Shown: positions 36,371 to 50,836, counted from the first letter of the stretch. The stretch is DNA of 64,000 bases from Vicugna vicugna (GCA_013265495.1 MU061579.1:6074963-6138962); one strand, 5' to 3'. Numbers and translations are program-made. The notes: generated by a model not told the origin, from the sequence alone.

Positions 36371-39300
36371 GCTACTCTCTCTTACATACGATCTGAGCAG
36401 TGACAAGCCACTACACGACAATGGGTCCATTTCTCATGGTCTCTGTGTGTCTCCCTTCTTTTGCTGCCAAAACGTATTTCCTCAGGCCTGTACATTGTCT
36501 GAAAAACCAAGTTTCACCCCTGCCTGTGTAGTCCAAGTGCTGGAGGAGACAGTTTCCATGAGAGCCATTCTCCTGAAAATATGCCACAACCAAGTGGCAT
36601 TTGGCAATATTTACAGCCTAACATCTAAAATTTTCTCCCACATTAAAGATTATGCATATTCTTTTGTTTGATATTGACTGTACAGAACACATGTATTCTT
36701 TATACCTTGGAGGAGGAAGAATTTCTGATCTATTTCACTCACTGGCTGACATTCACTCAAAACGCATTTACTAAAATTTAGTTCTGCAACTGAGTAGAAA
36801 TCAAACTGGATACAACAGCTACCTGACAGTAATCTATTTCTTAGGAAAAGTCAAATGGGCGCCCCTCCCCCCATTCTCAGTCTATTTTCCTTTATGTTGC
36901 TGGTATTGAAGAAGCAGCGCTCAACAGAACTAGCCGTCTGATGCTCTCCTCTGTAATTAGATTACCCATAAATAGCACAGTTGTAAATATCGTTACTACT
37001 GGAGAACTGACTAGAAAAGTGCCAGATTCCGCGCCATTTTGCTGACAATGCAGCAAACTGCAGGAAGTAGAACACTACTTTTCTATTCTATCAATAGAAT
37101 TTCCAAGAAAATACTTCCACTTGAAGTGGAAGGACTAGGTCTTGCCTTCAACTTATACCCATCTTTGGAGTTAAAGAGATTTGATGCAGAATGGAATATA
37201 AATTCTTTCAGCTAGATTCTGATTTATGAACTCACAGTATTTTTGCTGGAATTTTCTTTTTTCTTAAGTCAGTGAACAGAGGACAGCTCAGCTTTCCAGG
37301 TCTGAATTTGCCAGAAGCAGTTGCATTTTGAACTATTCTATTCTAATGCAAATTTAATTCCAAAGCATCTGTCATATGCGGCAATCTAAATTTAGAAACC
37401 CCCAGGCATCTGCATTTGAGTTACATCTTCTATCTTAAAAGTAGTTCTTCCCCATTGAGATCATTACAACCTGATTCCGTTGTATCACATTCTATTGGGA
37501 TAATATTAAAGAACTTTAGTGCTTAAAATAAGAGATCTGTGACATAAAATCACATATTCTGGAACCTTACAGAAGCTATACATGTATGGCTTACTTGTGA
37601 TTGAGATGTTGAAAGTTAACTCAATACAAGAGATAACGATAATACAAGTTGTTCAAATAAGATTAGCTATGACAAAGTCTAAATGGCAATTTAAATGAAG
37701 TTTTACTTCCTCCCTCTCAATGTCTCAGTCATAATCCGTGGGGTGGAAAAGAAATTTGGACTATTATTTTTCTTTTCAAGTTAGTTAACTCCTCATTACA
37801 ATAATGACAATAGCCCAAAATGTCTCTAAGAAATAAAATGTGACTTTTGAAAAACAGAATTGATTTTTAAGTAGAGACAACAGAAAATTCATTTACTCTC
37901 ATACACTTCCATGAAAGTAAAGTATGTTATAACACTGCCTTAAATGAATGAACAGAAATTAAGTACTGGATGATTCTCGAATCTATTCCTTCTTGTAATG
38001 TCTGTATTTTAAACTGTTGAGAAAAAGTGAGAACACTGAGAGAATTGAAACCCCTGAACAACCCTAAACTTGTAAAGGTATTTGAGAAAATTCTTCAGTT
38101 AGCAAGAAGGTGGTGAAAACAATATTAAACAAAAGTATAGGCTTAGAATATGTTACATAAAATCAGAAAGGCTATCATACAATTAACAAAATGCAAGTCA
38201 TATGTGTGTGTAAGTGGATACAGGGTCGAGACAGGAAGAGATAGGGATTGGTAGACAGTAAAATTAATGACAACTAAGTATCAGGTATGACAAGATAGGG
38301 TGCAAAGGATGTGGAAGTGTTACTTCAAGTTTTAACAAAATATTAACACATTCCCTTTCTGTTACTGAGACAAACCTAGCTTTAACAAATCACCTTTGTT
38401 TCAAACTCTGCTAATTTCTACTCTGCCTCCAGGTTAGAATAAAAAAAATCTTAAGAAAGGAAAGGAAATCATTAACAGTGTTTCCTTGCTGTAAAGAGCA
38501 ATGTGTTTCGGAGATGATTCCAGCTTTTCTGCTAACGAATTGACAGAGAAATCACATTTGATTTGCTTTCATTATTGTCCTTTTAGATCCCAGTTTGAAG
38601 GAGTAGTGCATGTCAGGAATGGGGCAATAATTCCGGAGTAGGTGGTCACTGTGATTGATTTAGGAGACATTTGGCAAGACAGAGACAAAGGAGACTGAAC
38701 ACCTAACCAGCTTAAAATCTATCACAGAGTGTACCCTGTTAAGAAGTACTTAAAGAAGCTTTGGCCTGGTGTTTGTTTTTTAAATCAAATTTCTTAAGTC
38801 ACGATTTTTTCTTACAGTTGTGTCTTACAGCAACCTGGAGCTTTTAAGTGCTACTTTAAGTGCGCACAGAAGCAGGACCAAGTATAATGACAAAGATTAT
38901 TTTACTTTGACAATCTGAATATAAATCAGGCTCTAATTTAAAACGTTTATAAAATTTTCATTGGCTAGGAGAAAAACAAAAGTTAAATATTGATTTCATA
39001 GGTACTCCTAGTTTTGACCAAAAATACATAACTAATAATATGAAATGTCCAATTACTGTATTTGCTGATGGAGTCACTCTAAACCTTGATTTTTTTTCCC
39101 TTCAGGCAGAGGGACATAATGTCCTGGTAGAAAGGACAATAGACAGCATACTAACAAGTTGCATATCGGTTTGGCCAGTGGAGGTGGGAGAGTGCTGGGG
39201 CTGGGGTATGTTTCATAGCTCCCACCTTGTTAGAGGAAGGAAGCAGATAAAAGAGTAACAGAAGTTTACTGCCATTTTACTCTAGAGGATGTTTCATCCA

Positions 39301-39927
39301 AATCCCTCAAACCGTCGCAGAAGCCTGCTCTCCTATGCTGGGCTCCCCAGTTTTCATGCAGGATGCTTTGTCTGGACCTTACAGAAGTCGGTTGCTTTCC
39401 CCACAGGACACGCTCGCAACCCCGTAAAGAGGTCTCGTACGGATGTGTGAGGCATCGTTTTAAGGCCCAGTCTTCCCACCCAGTTTGTGGGTAGAGCCAA
39501 TGTACAGTTTGTCACTGACTGCTACTTCCTGCTCTTAAACAATGTGAAGAAAGATTTTGCTCAGATGTGATTGCTCTAAATCCGCTCAACATAACATTGC
39601 TGATCTTTTTTTTTTCCAAAGATAAACAGCACTTAATGGTATCCTTGCTTTGGGTTATCACTCAGACCCACCTGCACAAAACCTTCCTTCATATTACAGC
39701 CTTTTAAGATCCTATTCTTGTCTGTTTTTATTCAGATAGCCAGTCCACTAGCATTCAAACAAGAGCTAAGTTATTATATCCAGGTGTGGGTTTCAAGTAT
39801 TTTGCAATGTGGAGAATTAGGGACATTTCAGAATGTTAGGAAAAGGAAAAGGAAAACTGTCACCAGAAAGATAGTTTTTTTTTACCTGAAAAGATGACTT
39901 TCACTTTCTAAAAGAAAAGAAGTCATG

Positions 39928-39977
39928 AGAACCTCCAATATATTTCATTTCAAGAACCTCTAATATATTTCATTTCA
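39928..39977. repeat. 25-bp tandem duplication
   Basis: agaacctccaatatatttcatttca followed by agaacctctaatatatttcatttca (1 mismatch). Confidence 0.9.
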
Positions 39978-40085
39978 TACTATTGACAGGACTTAGTTCA
40001 TAAGCTCAATGTTTTCTTTATCTCAATGTTAAAATGAAAGACAAATAGAATTTCAGACCTACAAGAGATTACACAGATTATCTGT

Positions 40086-40301
40086 CAGAGATTCTCAACA
40101 TGACAGCCCTGACATTTGGGGCCAGTTTACTCTTTGTGGTAAAGAGCCTTCCTGTGTATGCTGGGATGTTCAGCAGCATCTCTGATCTCTAAACCACTAA
40201 AATGCCAGCAGCACTGCCCCACTCAGTGTGACAGTCAGAAATATCTCCAGACACTGCCATGTGTCCCCCAGGGGACAAAATTCCCCTCCTGAGAACCATC
40301 G
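40086..40301. mobile_element. MER20 hAT-Charlie element
   Basis: cagagattctcaac...gacatttggggccag...atctccagacactgcca.gtgtccccca.gggacaaaat...gagaacca. Confidence 0.88.
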
Positions 40302-40569
40302 CTCTATGACTGGGATGCACGTAGCCTTCATATGGCTAGAGAGAATTCCTATTTCATTCCTTACATGTGTACAGAGGATGTGGTCAAAATCATACGTAGG
40401 AGTAACAAAGAAATTTAAAATAAGAACGTCTTTAAATGGCTAAATTTCCACTGCCAAGAGAATAGCTGTTCTGTTTCTTTAGCTGTCAGTAAGACCAGCA
40501 TCACCCAAGTTGCTATACGGCTTGCATTTTGTAAAAATACTTTCCTGTAAGTATTGAGATATGAAAGGC

Positions 40570-40927
40570 AGAGTTATGGACTAAATGTTAATGTTTCTCT
40601 CCATTCTCATGTTGAAACCTTCCTACGCTGCACCAGGAGGCGTTAGGTGGAGGCGTCTCTGAGAGGGAATTAGGATTAGATGAGGTCGTGAGGGTGGAGT
40701 CCTCATGAAAGGGATTAGTGCCCTTATCAGGGCCACAGGAGAGCTGGCTTCCCCCCTCTGCTCTCCACTCTGGGAGGATACAGTCCCCAGTCTGCAACCT
40801 GCACTTGGCCATGCTGGCACCCTGACATCGGACTTCTGGTCTCCAGGCTGTGAGAAATACACTTCTGTTGTTTACAAGACCCCCAGTCTATTGTAATTTG
40901 TAAGAGCAGCCAGAAAAGACTAAAACA
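40570..40927 (+). mobile_element. MLT1A-like MaLR solo LTR
   Basis: gttatggactaaatgtt...gagggtggagtcctcatgaaagggattagtgccctt...gctggcaccctgacatcggacttc...gactaaaaca. Confidence 0.88.
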
Positions 40928-42053
40928 TTATGAAATCAGAAACGTATCAGGTTAGTTCCAGTACAGTTAAGAGCTTGCTGACTAATTAGAGGGTCTGCAA
41001 TCATACCAAGTAGCTTTACAGCATTTAAGAGCTGTACCAACCTGCCCATCTTTTTTTTTTCTTTTTTAATAATTAGAAGTAAAACCAATCTGTACTCAAA
41101 TCCAATAATTAGTAAATAAATGTGTAATCTGGGGGCAAGTTACTTAATTTCTCTGAGGTTCTCTTTCCTCAGTTGTAAAATTCAAATGACAATATAACTT
41201 ATGGAAAAGTTAAAAAAAAAGGTTTAAATGAGTTTTGGTGTGGAGAGACCTTAGTTAATGATACACAGGTAATAAGCAGTAATGGTTATTAGCAATACAA
41301 ATGACAAAAGTTGTGGTAAATTTCATCTTATAAAACCCGAGTCCTCCGTTTTTGGATTGGTTAATAGCATGGGCAGGAAACCTTTGTCTAATCTGTCAGT
41401 TGATGTCATCATAACAGAAGTACCAAAGTTTCAGAATGAAAGTTTTCTGATGTCTCGTACCAGTTCAGAACCTGTCTCATATGGTTCCCTTGTGCTAGCT
41501 AAATTCTGACTTAACCTGGCACGTGTACATGTCTTCCCCCACTTGGATGGCTAATGTCCTTACTGGAAGTGTTTTACTTTGTACGTTTCCCAATATTACT
41601 GCAAAATAGACGAGAATTATTATCATGCATTCTCAGAGGCTGCACTTCTTGAATGCCCAGAGAATTTTCAAATGTAAACATAATTCAAAAAGATGATTCA
41701 CCGTCTATCTAAAAGTTAAAAAAACACCTAAGCATAGGAAAAAAAAAAAGAAAAGAAAACCCCACAACTAAACAAAACAAAAAAACAACTTAATGAGATG
41801 AACAGTTCCTTCCAAATCTTTAATTTGATACCATCAGCTTAACCAACTACCACCACGGTGCCACCCACCAGGAAGATCTGGCTGTGGCACTTGGTTTATA
41901 TAGTCTTCTTTCTATTTTACAACAATATGTCAGTAGAGTCTACATTTACCTATGCATTTTTTTACATTTTCAAATAACACTTGTGCCATAATAATTATCC
42001 TTTAAGCGGTTACATTTTCCATTGTAGTTGCAATGTGATTTAATAACACCTAC

Positions 42054-42182
42054 CATTATACTGTTTAATTGTGTCAATGGTGAAGAATCTCTTCACCACA
42101 AGATAAGCAGAGCCAGGTTCAGCTAACGAGCTCCACCGAAGAACCTGTTCCAACACATTTTCTGTGTAGTGAAGAGGGCGCT
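42054..42182 (-). CDS. ARAP2: ARAP2 coding exon, end of RA domain: (E)RPLHYTENVLEQVLRWSSLAEPGSAYLVVKRFFTIDTIKQYN(E)
   Basis: tttttttgcag|AG ... AATG|gtaggt; 129 nt, phase 1-1; ERPLH motif typical of ARAP RA domains. Confidence 0.95.
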
Positions 42183-45100
42183 CTGCAAAAAATAAAACCA
42201 AATCAATATTTTATTACTTTTTTTTGTAATTATACATTAAAAATCTTTTTAGAAAGATCTGTAATTAACAATAGACATAACTGTAGCTTATAGTACACAA
42301 GAATAGTTCTAGGACTACACACAAGAGACCCTAAGACGTGGAATATCATTAAACACATACTAAGATTTACTGTGTAAATGAAATGTGCAGAGACATTTGT
42401 TTGTTACTCAACTGTTAAAAAAAAAATTCACAGGTGCTATCCTTTAGATAAAAATCTCAGAGATAAAGCTACCTCTTTGTACAAAGAATTAGTGAATTAC
42501 TCTACCTTTTAATTTAGACATTCTGGTTTCCTTTATGGAAAGCTGCCTATTTGCATATACAATTTACTAACTGTAAAAGGACTTGTAAGATTAATCTTGT
42601 CCGGTACTAATAACATAAATTAATCCTTTGTTTATCCTAACAAAACTAGCATAATTTCTAATCAACACTAGGGAACAACCTATATATACAGTTGATAAAG
42701 TCAACTTACATGAAATTGTAAAATATAACACTCAATGAGAACATATGATACTCATTATCAAACATTACTGAGTAATCTCTGTTTAACTATTAGTGGAAAT
42801 ATCAATCAGAAACATATGTAATAATATCATACATTAAATGTTGATATAAAATAGTTCAAAAAGCAAGAAGCTAATCTTAAAGACATCTTAAAGATTTCTT
42901 CTTGATAAATACTAATCCATATATACATTGTTTTCTGCAGTCATATATTTAAATGCATCAAAAGTTCTTAGCATAGAGTTAACAACAAAAAAAAACCTCA
43001 TAGGTTTTTTAAAATTACAATCAGTTTCACAGGAAAGATTCTGCTGATCAAAATATGCCAATCAGTTAATACAATGTTACAATGGAAGCATATGCTAGGA
43101 AAAAAAAAATTCAAACCTTCTCAAAGTACACTGAAAATAGCATAATTGAAATAGCAAGAACATAAGCTCTAACATGAAGATGCTTATGTAACTTTCCTGG
43201 TACCACAGCCACATATAAGTCAATTCAACACTTCCATCCCTTCCTACATGTAAAACACATAGTATTGGTGCTTTTTATTTTTGGTTAAAGTATGAATGCT
43301 AATGACAAACAAGAAAAAGTATGTTAATATCACCACACTTGTATATGACCCATGCCACTTTCGTAATAAAATCACAAGTAAATTACTGTTCTCCTCTATT
43401 CTGAGCACAGTATTCCAGAATTTATCAATAATCCCAGCTCCACAGAAGACAACAAGTTTTCTGCTTCCAGTGTAAATAACCAGATTTTTGCTCCCTATTC
43501 AGTGCTGTGGAACTCAGTCGGGCATTCTGTGCACACTGGTGCAAACCTACTCATTACGATGGCAATTACAAACAACAACAACAGAGCAACCAGGCCAGAC
43601 ATCCTGGAGATAAACCTACTTCTTGTTTGTAAGTATACCTCCTGCACAAAGCAGAGTGCTGAGTATGTAATAGATGTTCAATAAATACCCGAGAAATAAA
43701 ATATCTTACGAATGTCTATGATGACATATAAATTAACAGAAAATAGTTGTAAATGAGTAAGGAGACAAAATATAGTTCTTTATAAAATCAGACAAAATCT
43801 TTTGTGCTACATCAATTCTATTTTTTAAAAATAATTTTCTAAAAGGTTTAGCAAAAACCATATTGTCTGTAATTTGCCAATGTCATAACTAAATTGTTGA
43901 TTAACCCATAAATTGGTTATCTTCTATTAAGAGGTGATAATTAGAATTCATTATTTTAATATAAAACTATAGAACAGGCACTATCTTTACATTTGTTATT
44001 ATATATAATTCTTGGTTCTACTACTTGCAAGCTCTAGGATACCACTGATCCCATTAACAGTTGCCATTGCTGGAATAACAATTATGTCTCAGATGTTATA
44101 TACACTTGGACATCTTACATCAGTTACTGCTTTTAATTTTTACAACACTCCTGATTATTGATCGTCATTATTTATATTTCACATGTAAAAGAACCCACGG
44201 ATCAGAGAGGTTCAGATACTTGCCTAAAGTCAAACAGCTGGTTCAAATGAGGAACAGAGATTTGAATTTCATATCTGACTTTGTGCCCAATATCTTAACT
44301 ACTACAGTTAGTTTTATTCTGTACAAATGTGTAAACCTCTCCATGATGATTTTTACACATGTAATTTGAGGGGAAGAGTATCAACTCACCAAGGTATTTC
44401 TGAGGACTAAACAAGGTAATATAAGCCAAGTGAAAAATAACATGAGTTCACACTTTCCCCCTCATTTTCCTATCCGTTGTGAAAGGATGGTCAGCGAATA
44501 GGACAATTTCAACGTCCTGCATGTAAAGAAACTGATGATACCGCAGTGCACTTGGAGGTGGGAATGATACTCTCAACCGGAAAGTAGCATCTACATTGAA
44601 ATAAAAGCTCACGCTCCCTTATTACAAGCTTAAATTGGTCATGAGACTTTCAAACATCAGAAAGAGCTCCACTATTACAAACAGATACAATAGTGAAAGC
44701 TCTAAAGTGTTCTTAGTTATACTGAAACAAATCACAGAGGCAAACAGAGATTTGCAAAAAATCAGTCAGGTACGTTTTTCACACCAGTATGAAAGTTCGA
44801 AATACTTTAGGAGAATGAAAATCCTGAAGATCCAAGTTGCTGCATAAAAATAGAGCTGAAAAATGGGATGAAAACATAAATTTGTTAGACTGTCAAATCA
44901 TACAATTATAAAAGAGGTTAGGGATGGGAAAAACTGAGTCATCAAACACTGTTGGAATAAAAATTCTTATTTGTTTATTTACAAATTTTTATTAATAATT
45001 ACACTTACAACCATCTGTCGTGATGGATTATATGGATGTAAGTCAGCTGACACTAGGACATTACTAGAAATAAACAACTAGTTTGCATACTCTAGCATAA

Positions 45101-45559
45101 CAACTGCTGAAAATGCAGTGTAGTTATTTAAGAAGAGGGTATGGAGGTGCTCTTTTAGCTAGACAAGTCATGTTATCAGTAGTTTAAAATCTTGTTCACA
45201 GAATTAAACCTGGCCTCCTTTGTTAAACAGAGACCTATTCATTTCCACCTGAAATAACAGGTGCTTTCCTTCAACTTCTGGCAGTAATGACACAGGATTT
45301 CCAGAGCCAAGTATGACTTCCTTAATAATTACATTTTTAGTGCCGAGCCTAGAGATGTATGTCTTTCTCTGTCCTTTTCACATACTCAAAGGGTGGCAGC
45401 ATTTGCGTCAATCAAGAGAAGGGCTAGAAAGACCTTGATTAAAAAAGAACTGATCTTCCATGTCATAGCAGCTATGAGGAGAAACAAGGAAACCTTTCAT
45501 TATGACATTGCTTGGTAAAAAGTAACTGCTTCACAAACCGGAACCTCTCTGTGAATAAG

Positions 45560-46257
45560 CTGACTTAAATGAGGCCCCTCTGGCAGTGAAGTTTTTCAGC
45601 ATGTGAAGTACCTAAAGGGTACACTGGCAGAGGACAGGTTCATTTTTAAGGTGAAGCATTAAAACAACAGAGTACTTTAGATGTATGATGACGGTGGTAT
45701 CTCCTCTTAGGATAAGGTGGGTTTCAGCTTGTCCCGATGACTGGTGGCAGTGGGTCAAGGATGCCCGGCATTTTTCAAAGAATGAGACAAAAAAAAAAAA
45801 AAAAAGACTTGTTCTCTACCTAGTATAAATTTCCCATGTCCCTCAGACATTCATTTAGAAGGAAAACTTCAAAACTAACTGATCTATTGAGCTTAGACTT
45901 ATAAACTGTGGAATTCTGTTATAGCAGGCTGTGGTTCACCATTTCACCCATGATGGCAATTCTGCTGATGATAAATGAGTCCCAAGTTGACATGCTTTTA
46001 TCAGTCTGAATTTATAGCTGTCACCTCCATGATAATTCTACTTATAGGTTTCAGGATCTATTTTCATTATTTTCAACCATACAGGAGTGTCTGAGCATTT
46101 ATATATTATAATATATATTTTCCTTTTAGTTATTTTTATAAGTAGGTTATAACATTATTTAATGGGTAGAATAGCATATCTCAGGTGAGTAAAGGGAACA
46201 AACAAAATACTTACTATACAAAGGGGGCACTGGAAATGACAGGGTAGAGAATGACTG
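45560..46257. mobile_element. MER20B-like hAT relic
   Basis: Right end aagggggcactgg...gggtagagaatgactg resembles the CAGTGGTTCTCAAC TIR; left edge uncertain. Confidence 0.45.
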
Positions 46258-47689
46258 CTTTAAAATTTACAAGCACTTAAAATAAAACCCAGCACTTGTG
46301 GTTCAGTTACTTATTTATCCGTTAATTTATTTATTTATGTTGGGGTTACTTGGAGGATTTCTATTTACATTAGAAAAAGCCCCAATTCCCTGCTGATGTC
46401 CTTCCTACTAACTATAATCCTGTGACTACCAACGCCTTCACTTTTATCTTCTTTTCACATTTCACTTTATCTTCCCTGCATGTTACTAGAAATAAAGCTT
46501 TTAACATTTCAGAAGGTCAGGTGGAACACAGAGGTTCCATCTGCTTCAGTAAGCCAACATAATCAGACCCCCTTGTTCCTTTCTTAGCTTTGTTCCTCTC
46601 AAAGCGGTAAAGATAATCTTAGTTTTCTCTTCTGGTGATTTCAACTTGAACGGTTGATCAAACATTAAAACCATGCCAAAAGTGAGTTCTTAACTCCCTC
46701 AAATGTATTCTTTCTTGATGTACATGGGGTGTTCCTTTACATATTTAGACATTCACAAGTCAAAACAACTTGAGGCCTCCTAGTCTTTTTATATCTTCAT
46801 CAAGATAGCTTTTTTAAATTAGCAAGAAAGAATCAAAAAAAAAAAACCCACCCAACTTTAAGCTTACCATTTGTGATGTACTGATTGGCACATGCAAGTT
46901 GATAATTAGTCATTTTCAGGGTGGGCATCCTTTCATTTTTCCAGATGAAATCTAAAAACAGTGTTTCCAGATATATTGCAGTCTCTCCTCTAGCTACACA
47001 TAATTCCTTCCCAACCTCATCCATTCTGCTTGCCCCTCTCAGTTCAGGCCAGAGGACCAATGCCGAGAGGCACAGAGCTCCAATCCTGTGACACAAGGAT
47101 ACGTTCTGACTCAACCCTTGAGAAAACAAGGGTGGCAGGGAGAGGATGTCTGCCCCCAAATGAATCCACTATTCATTTTTCTGCTCTGGATCTCCTACAG
47201 ACACAACAGAAACAGAAGCAGGAGACAACCAGCTGTCCAAGAGCTAACTCGGGCCTTGAGATCTCCTAGTGGTTCTTCATCTACATGCAGGAATCACTTT
47301 TCATGTGGCATACACACTTGGATACATCTACCCAAGGAGTAGCAATCCCAGTCGCTCAGGTTCAAATGCACCCGTATCTTGTTCCACCTCAGTTAGCAAG
47401 ATACTTGAAAGGTATGTTCCACATCAACGCACTATGCTAGGGGTAGTGAGAGACGTGAAGGTCTAAAACATGTAGAAAATGTATGTCCTAAAAACACAGA
47501 ATCTAGGAGCCAGATCACTATTCTACAAGTCAGATTAGTATGCAGTATTATAGATCCTTATGCAAATAATCTGAAAAAGATGAATGAGAACTATGTTCAT
47601 CTAATTATCATCATGGAGGAAGGGGCTTTGAGCTGGATTTCGAAGGATGGATAATGAGGAAATAATGAAAGGTTATGTATGTATGCAGG

Positions 47690-49012
47690 TATGTGATGAA
47701 ATATAGTTGCTTTACAATATTATATTAGTTATATTAGTCTCAGGTGTATAACATAGTGATTTAATATTTTTACAGATTATACTTTAAAGTTATTACAAAA
47801 TAATGGCTACATTTCCCTATGCTATACAATATATCCTTGTTGCTTATTTATTTTATACACAGTAGTTTGTATCTCTTAATCCCCTACCCCTGTCTTGTCC
47901 CTCTTCTTTCTCCCCACTGGTGTCCACTAGTTTGTTCTCTATACCCGTGTGTCTGTTTCTGTTTTGTTATATATATTCTTTTGCTTTATTTTTCAGATTC
48001 CACATATAAGTGATAAGAGCATTTGTCTTTCTCTGACTTATTCACTAAGGATAATACCCTCTAGGTCCATCTACATTGTTGCAAATAGCAGAATTTCATT
48101 ATTTATTATTACTGAGTAATATTCCATTGTGTATACACATCTTCTTTGTCTATTCATCTGCTGATGGACACTTAGGTTGCTTCCATCTACTATGAACACT
48201 GGGGTGCATGTGTCCTTTCCAATTAGTGTTTTGGAGGTTTTTATGGATATATACCCAGAATTGGGACTGCTGGGTCATATGGTAGTTCTGTTTTTAGTTT
48301 TTGGAGGAACCTCCATACTGTTTTCCAGAGTGGCTGCACCAATTTACATTCCCACCAACAGTGTACTTACGGTGCCCTTTTCTCCACATTCTCATCAACA
48401 TTTGTTATTTGTAGACTTTTTGATGGTAGCCATTCTGACAGGTGTCAGATAATATCCCATTGTGGTTTTGATTTGTATTTTTTTGATGATTACCAATATT
48501 GAGCATCTTTCCATGTGCCAGTTGGTCATCTGTATATAACCTCTTCGGAAAAATGTCTGTTTGGGTCTTCTGCCTGTTTTTCAACCGGGTTATTTTTTCA
48601 ATATTTGGCTGTATGAGCTGTTTATACATTTTAGATATTAACCCCTTATTGGTCATATCATTTACAAATATTTTCTCCCATTCAGTAGGTTATTTTTGTT
48701 TGTTTGTTTTCTCAATGGTTTCCTTTGCTGTGCACAGTTTTTAAGTTTAATTAAATCTCATTTATTTATTTTTGGTTTGTTTCTTTTGCCTTGGGAGGCA
48801 GATCCAAAAACTACTGCCACAATTTATACAGAAGAGTGTTCTGCCCATGCTCTCTTCTAGGAGTTTCATGGTTTCAGGTCTTACACTTAGGTCTTTAATC
48901 CATTTTAAGTTTATTTTTGCATATGATGTGAGAAAATGTTTTAATTTTATTCTTTTAAATGTGGCTGTCCAGTTTTCCCAGCACAGCTTATTGAATAGAC
49001 TGTCTTTTCTCC
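47690..49012 (-). mobile_element. 5'-truncated LINE-1 (ORF2 end plus 3'UTR)
   Basis: Antisense L1 text; ORF 48405..48656 (KGLISKMYKQLIQ) is an L1 ORF2 remnant. Confidence 0.93.
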
Positions 49013-49229
49013 AAAAATGGATGGATTTTAAACGGTGGAACCATTTGATCCTATCTGTGATTTAGAAAGGTAACCCTGGCAGTAATGCTGATGGTTATCT
49101 TTTACTCACAAATATGGTAAAACTGGTAACCTAGCTGCTTTCCTTAACATTAAACAACAGAAATCAAGACTCTACCACCATTGAACCATATAGTAATACA
49201 AAATTGCTCTTCACTTATGCAAAAGATTT

Positions 49230-49880
49230 TAATTGCATGGCAACTATGTACCAGGCCCTGTGCCAGACACTAAAGACAGGAAAAAAGTGAGTTCCCCCTT
49301 CCTTCTAAAGAGCTCTCATCAAGAAATACAAAAATAAATCTAAGTGATAGGCACTATAGAAAAATATAAGACAGAATGCAATGGAACCTTTAGTCTGGGT
49401 TTTAACGGAGGTAAACAGGTGGGTCAGATGGGGGAAGAATAAAGGTGCATTTGGGAAAAACCCCACTCACACATCAGTCAAGCACAAGAGTAGAAGTGAT
49501 TGTCTATAAAGAACGTGTAAAATGAGAGAAGATGGTAAGAGATCAGAGCAGCAGCAATCCACTGGAGAGGGGACAGACAGAGGAAGAAGAATTGACAAAT
49601 GAGATAAAATAATTCGAGCACCAGGAGGAGAATCCAGGCAGCAATGAAAACAGAGTGAACACCTTCAAAGACAAAGGACAGCATCATTAACAATAGATGG
49701 CATGGTAAGGGCAAGGCAAGTAGAGCTGGAAGCAAATCCACTGGACGTGGCGGTGGGGGGTTGCAGGAGTGATTTGCCAGAGCATCTTTTGTGAGTGGGG
49801 CAGACGGAGCCTGACTGTGGGGTGACAGTGTGAACTGACATCAAAGGACCAGGGTCACTGAATCTTGGCAATGAAAACTG
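49230..49880 (-). mobile_element. LINE-2 fragment
   Basis: caactatgtaccaggccctgtgccagacact, the antisense L2 3' pattern. Confidence 0.55.
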
Positions 49881-50836
49881 AAAAGCAATGTTTTTATACA
49901 AATTAGATTTTTAAAGAATTTTGCATGATAAAAAGAAGAAGAAGAAGAAAAAAAAAACAGAAAACCAAGATGGAATAACGAAGGACAAAGTATTTGATAA
50001 GCCCATTTCGTTCTAACACTGATTACAACACTCCTCATAATACATGATGAGGCAGTTTAACATCCAGTTTTAATTTTTACCTTGAGCTTGCAGGTGGCAA
50101 GATTTTACATTTGGCAGTTTGACAGCTATACTTGAAAGGGTCCCAAAACCTTAGTAGGTATCAGCAAGACAGATGGTCAAGGTACAAAGACATCCTGCAT
50201 CTAATTTTTTTTTTCTTTCTTAGAGGTCTTTAAAACCAAATGGTGTCATTAGAATGTTAGGCTTCTTACTACTGGGGTAGTCAAGGTGTTTTAAAAGCTC
50301 TCTTTATCCTTCTACATCTGAGAGAAAAGATGACAAAATATTTGATCCACTCCACTAAACATAGGTGAAAAAGAAAAATAAAAAAAACCAAAAAATAAGC
50401 TCCTGCTAGGCTTAAAACAAAATTTTGTTTTTAAAATAATAATCCTTTAAATCAGCATTCTCATTCTTGTTAAACAATCAGCACACAGGAATTAGGTGAA
50501 ATAGTGGATGATGGTGGTGACATTTAGGGTGTTGTTACAAATCAAATTGTGTGTTCTCGTAAATAAGGCCTTATTTCCTGAGGCAGCAACATACATGCCC
50601 AACGCTTTGCACTATACGTTTATAGTCAATAAAACAGTCTAATTACTTTGATGAGTAAAACCACAGGAGGGCAACTTCCAGTGGCACTAACATAGATCAA
50701 CACGTGCTGAGGCAGAAGGGGATTCATAATGAGAGGTTAAGCTTTAGAAAAACATACAGTGTAATGACTTGTCGCAAAAACAGTATTTCTTCATACGATC
50801 AGGAACTGAAGAACGCTGGGCGTGAAAATCACTTAC

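Noticed and set aside
41702..41708. 7-nt AG...GT-flanked unit after a U-rich tract (minus strand)
   Set aside because: Frameshifting, mediocre donor, and expected by chance in large introns.
47819..49065. Cluster of ORFs
   Set aside because: Sense and antisense readings of a decayed L1 3' end.
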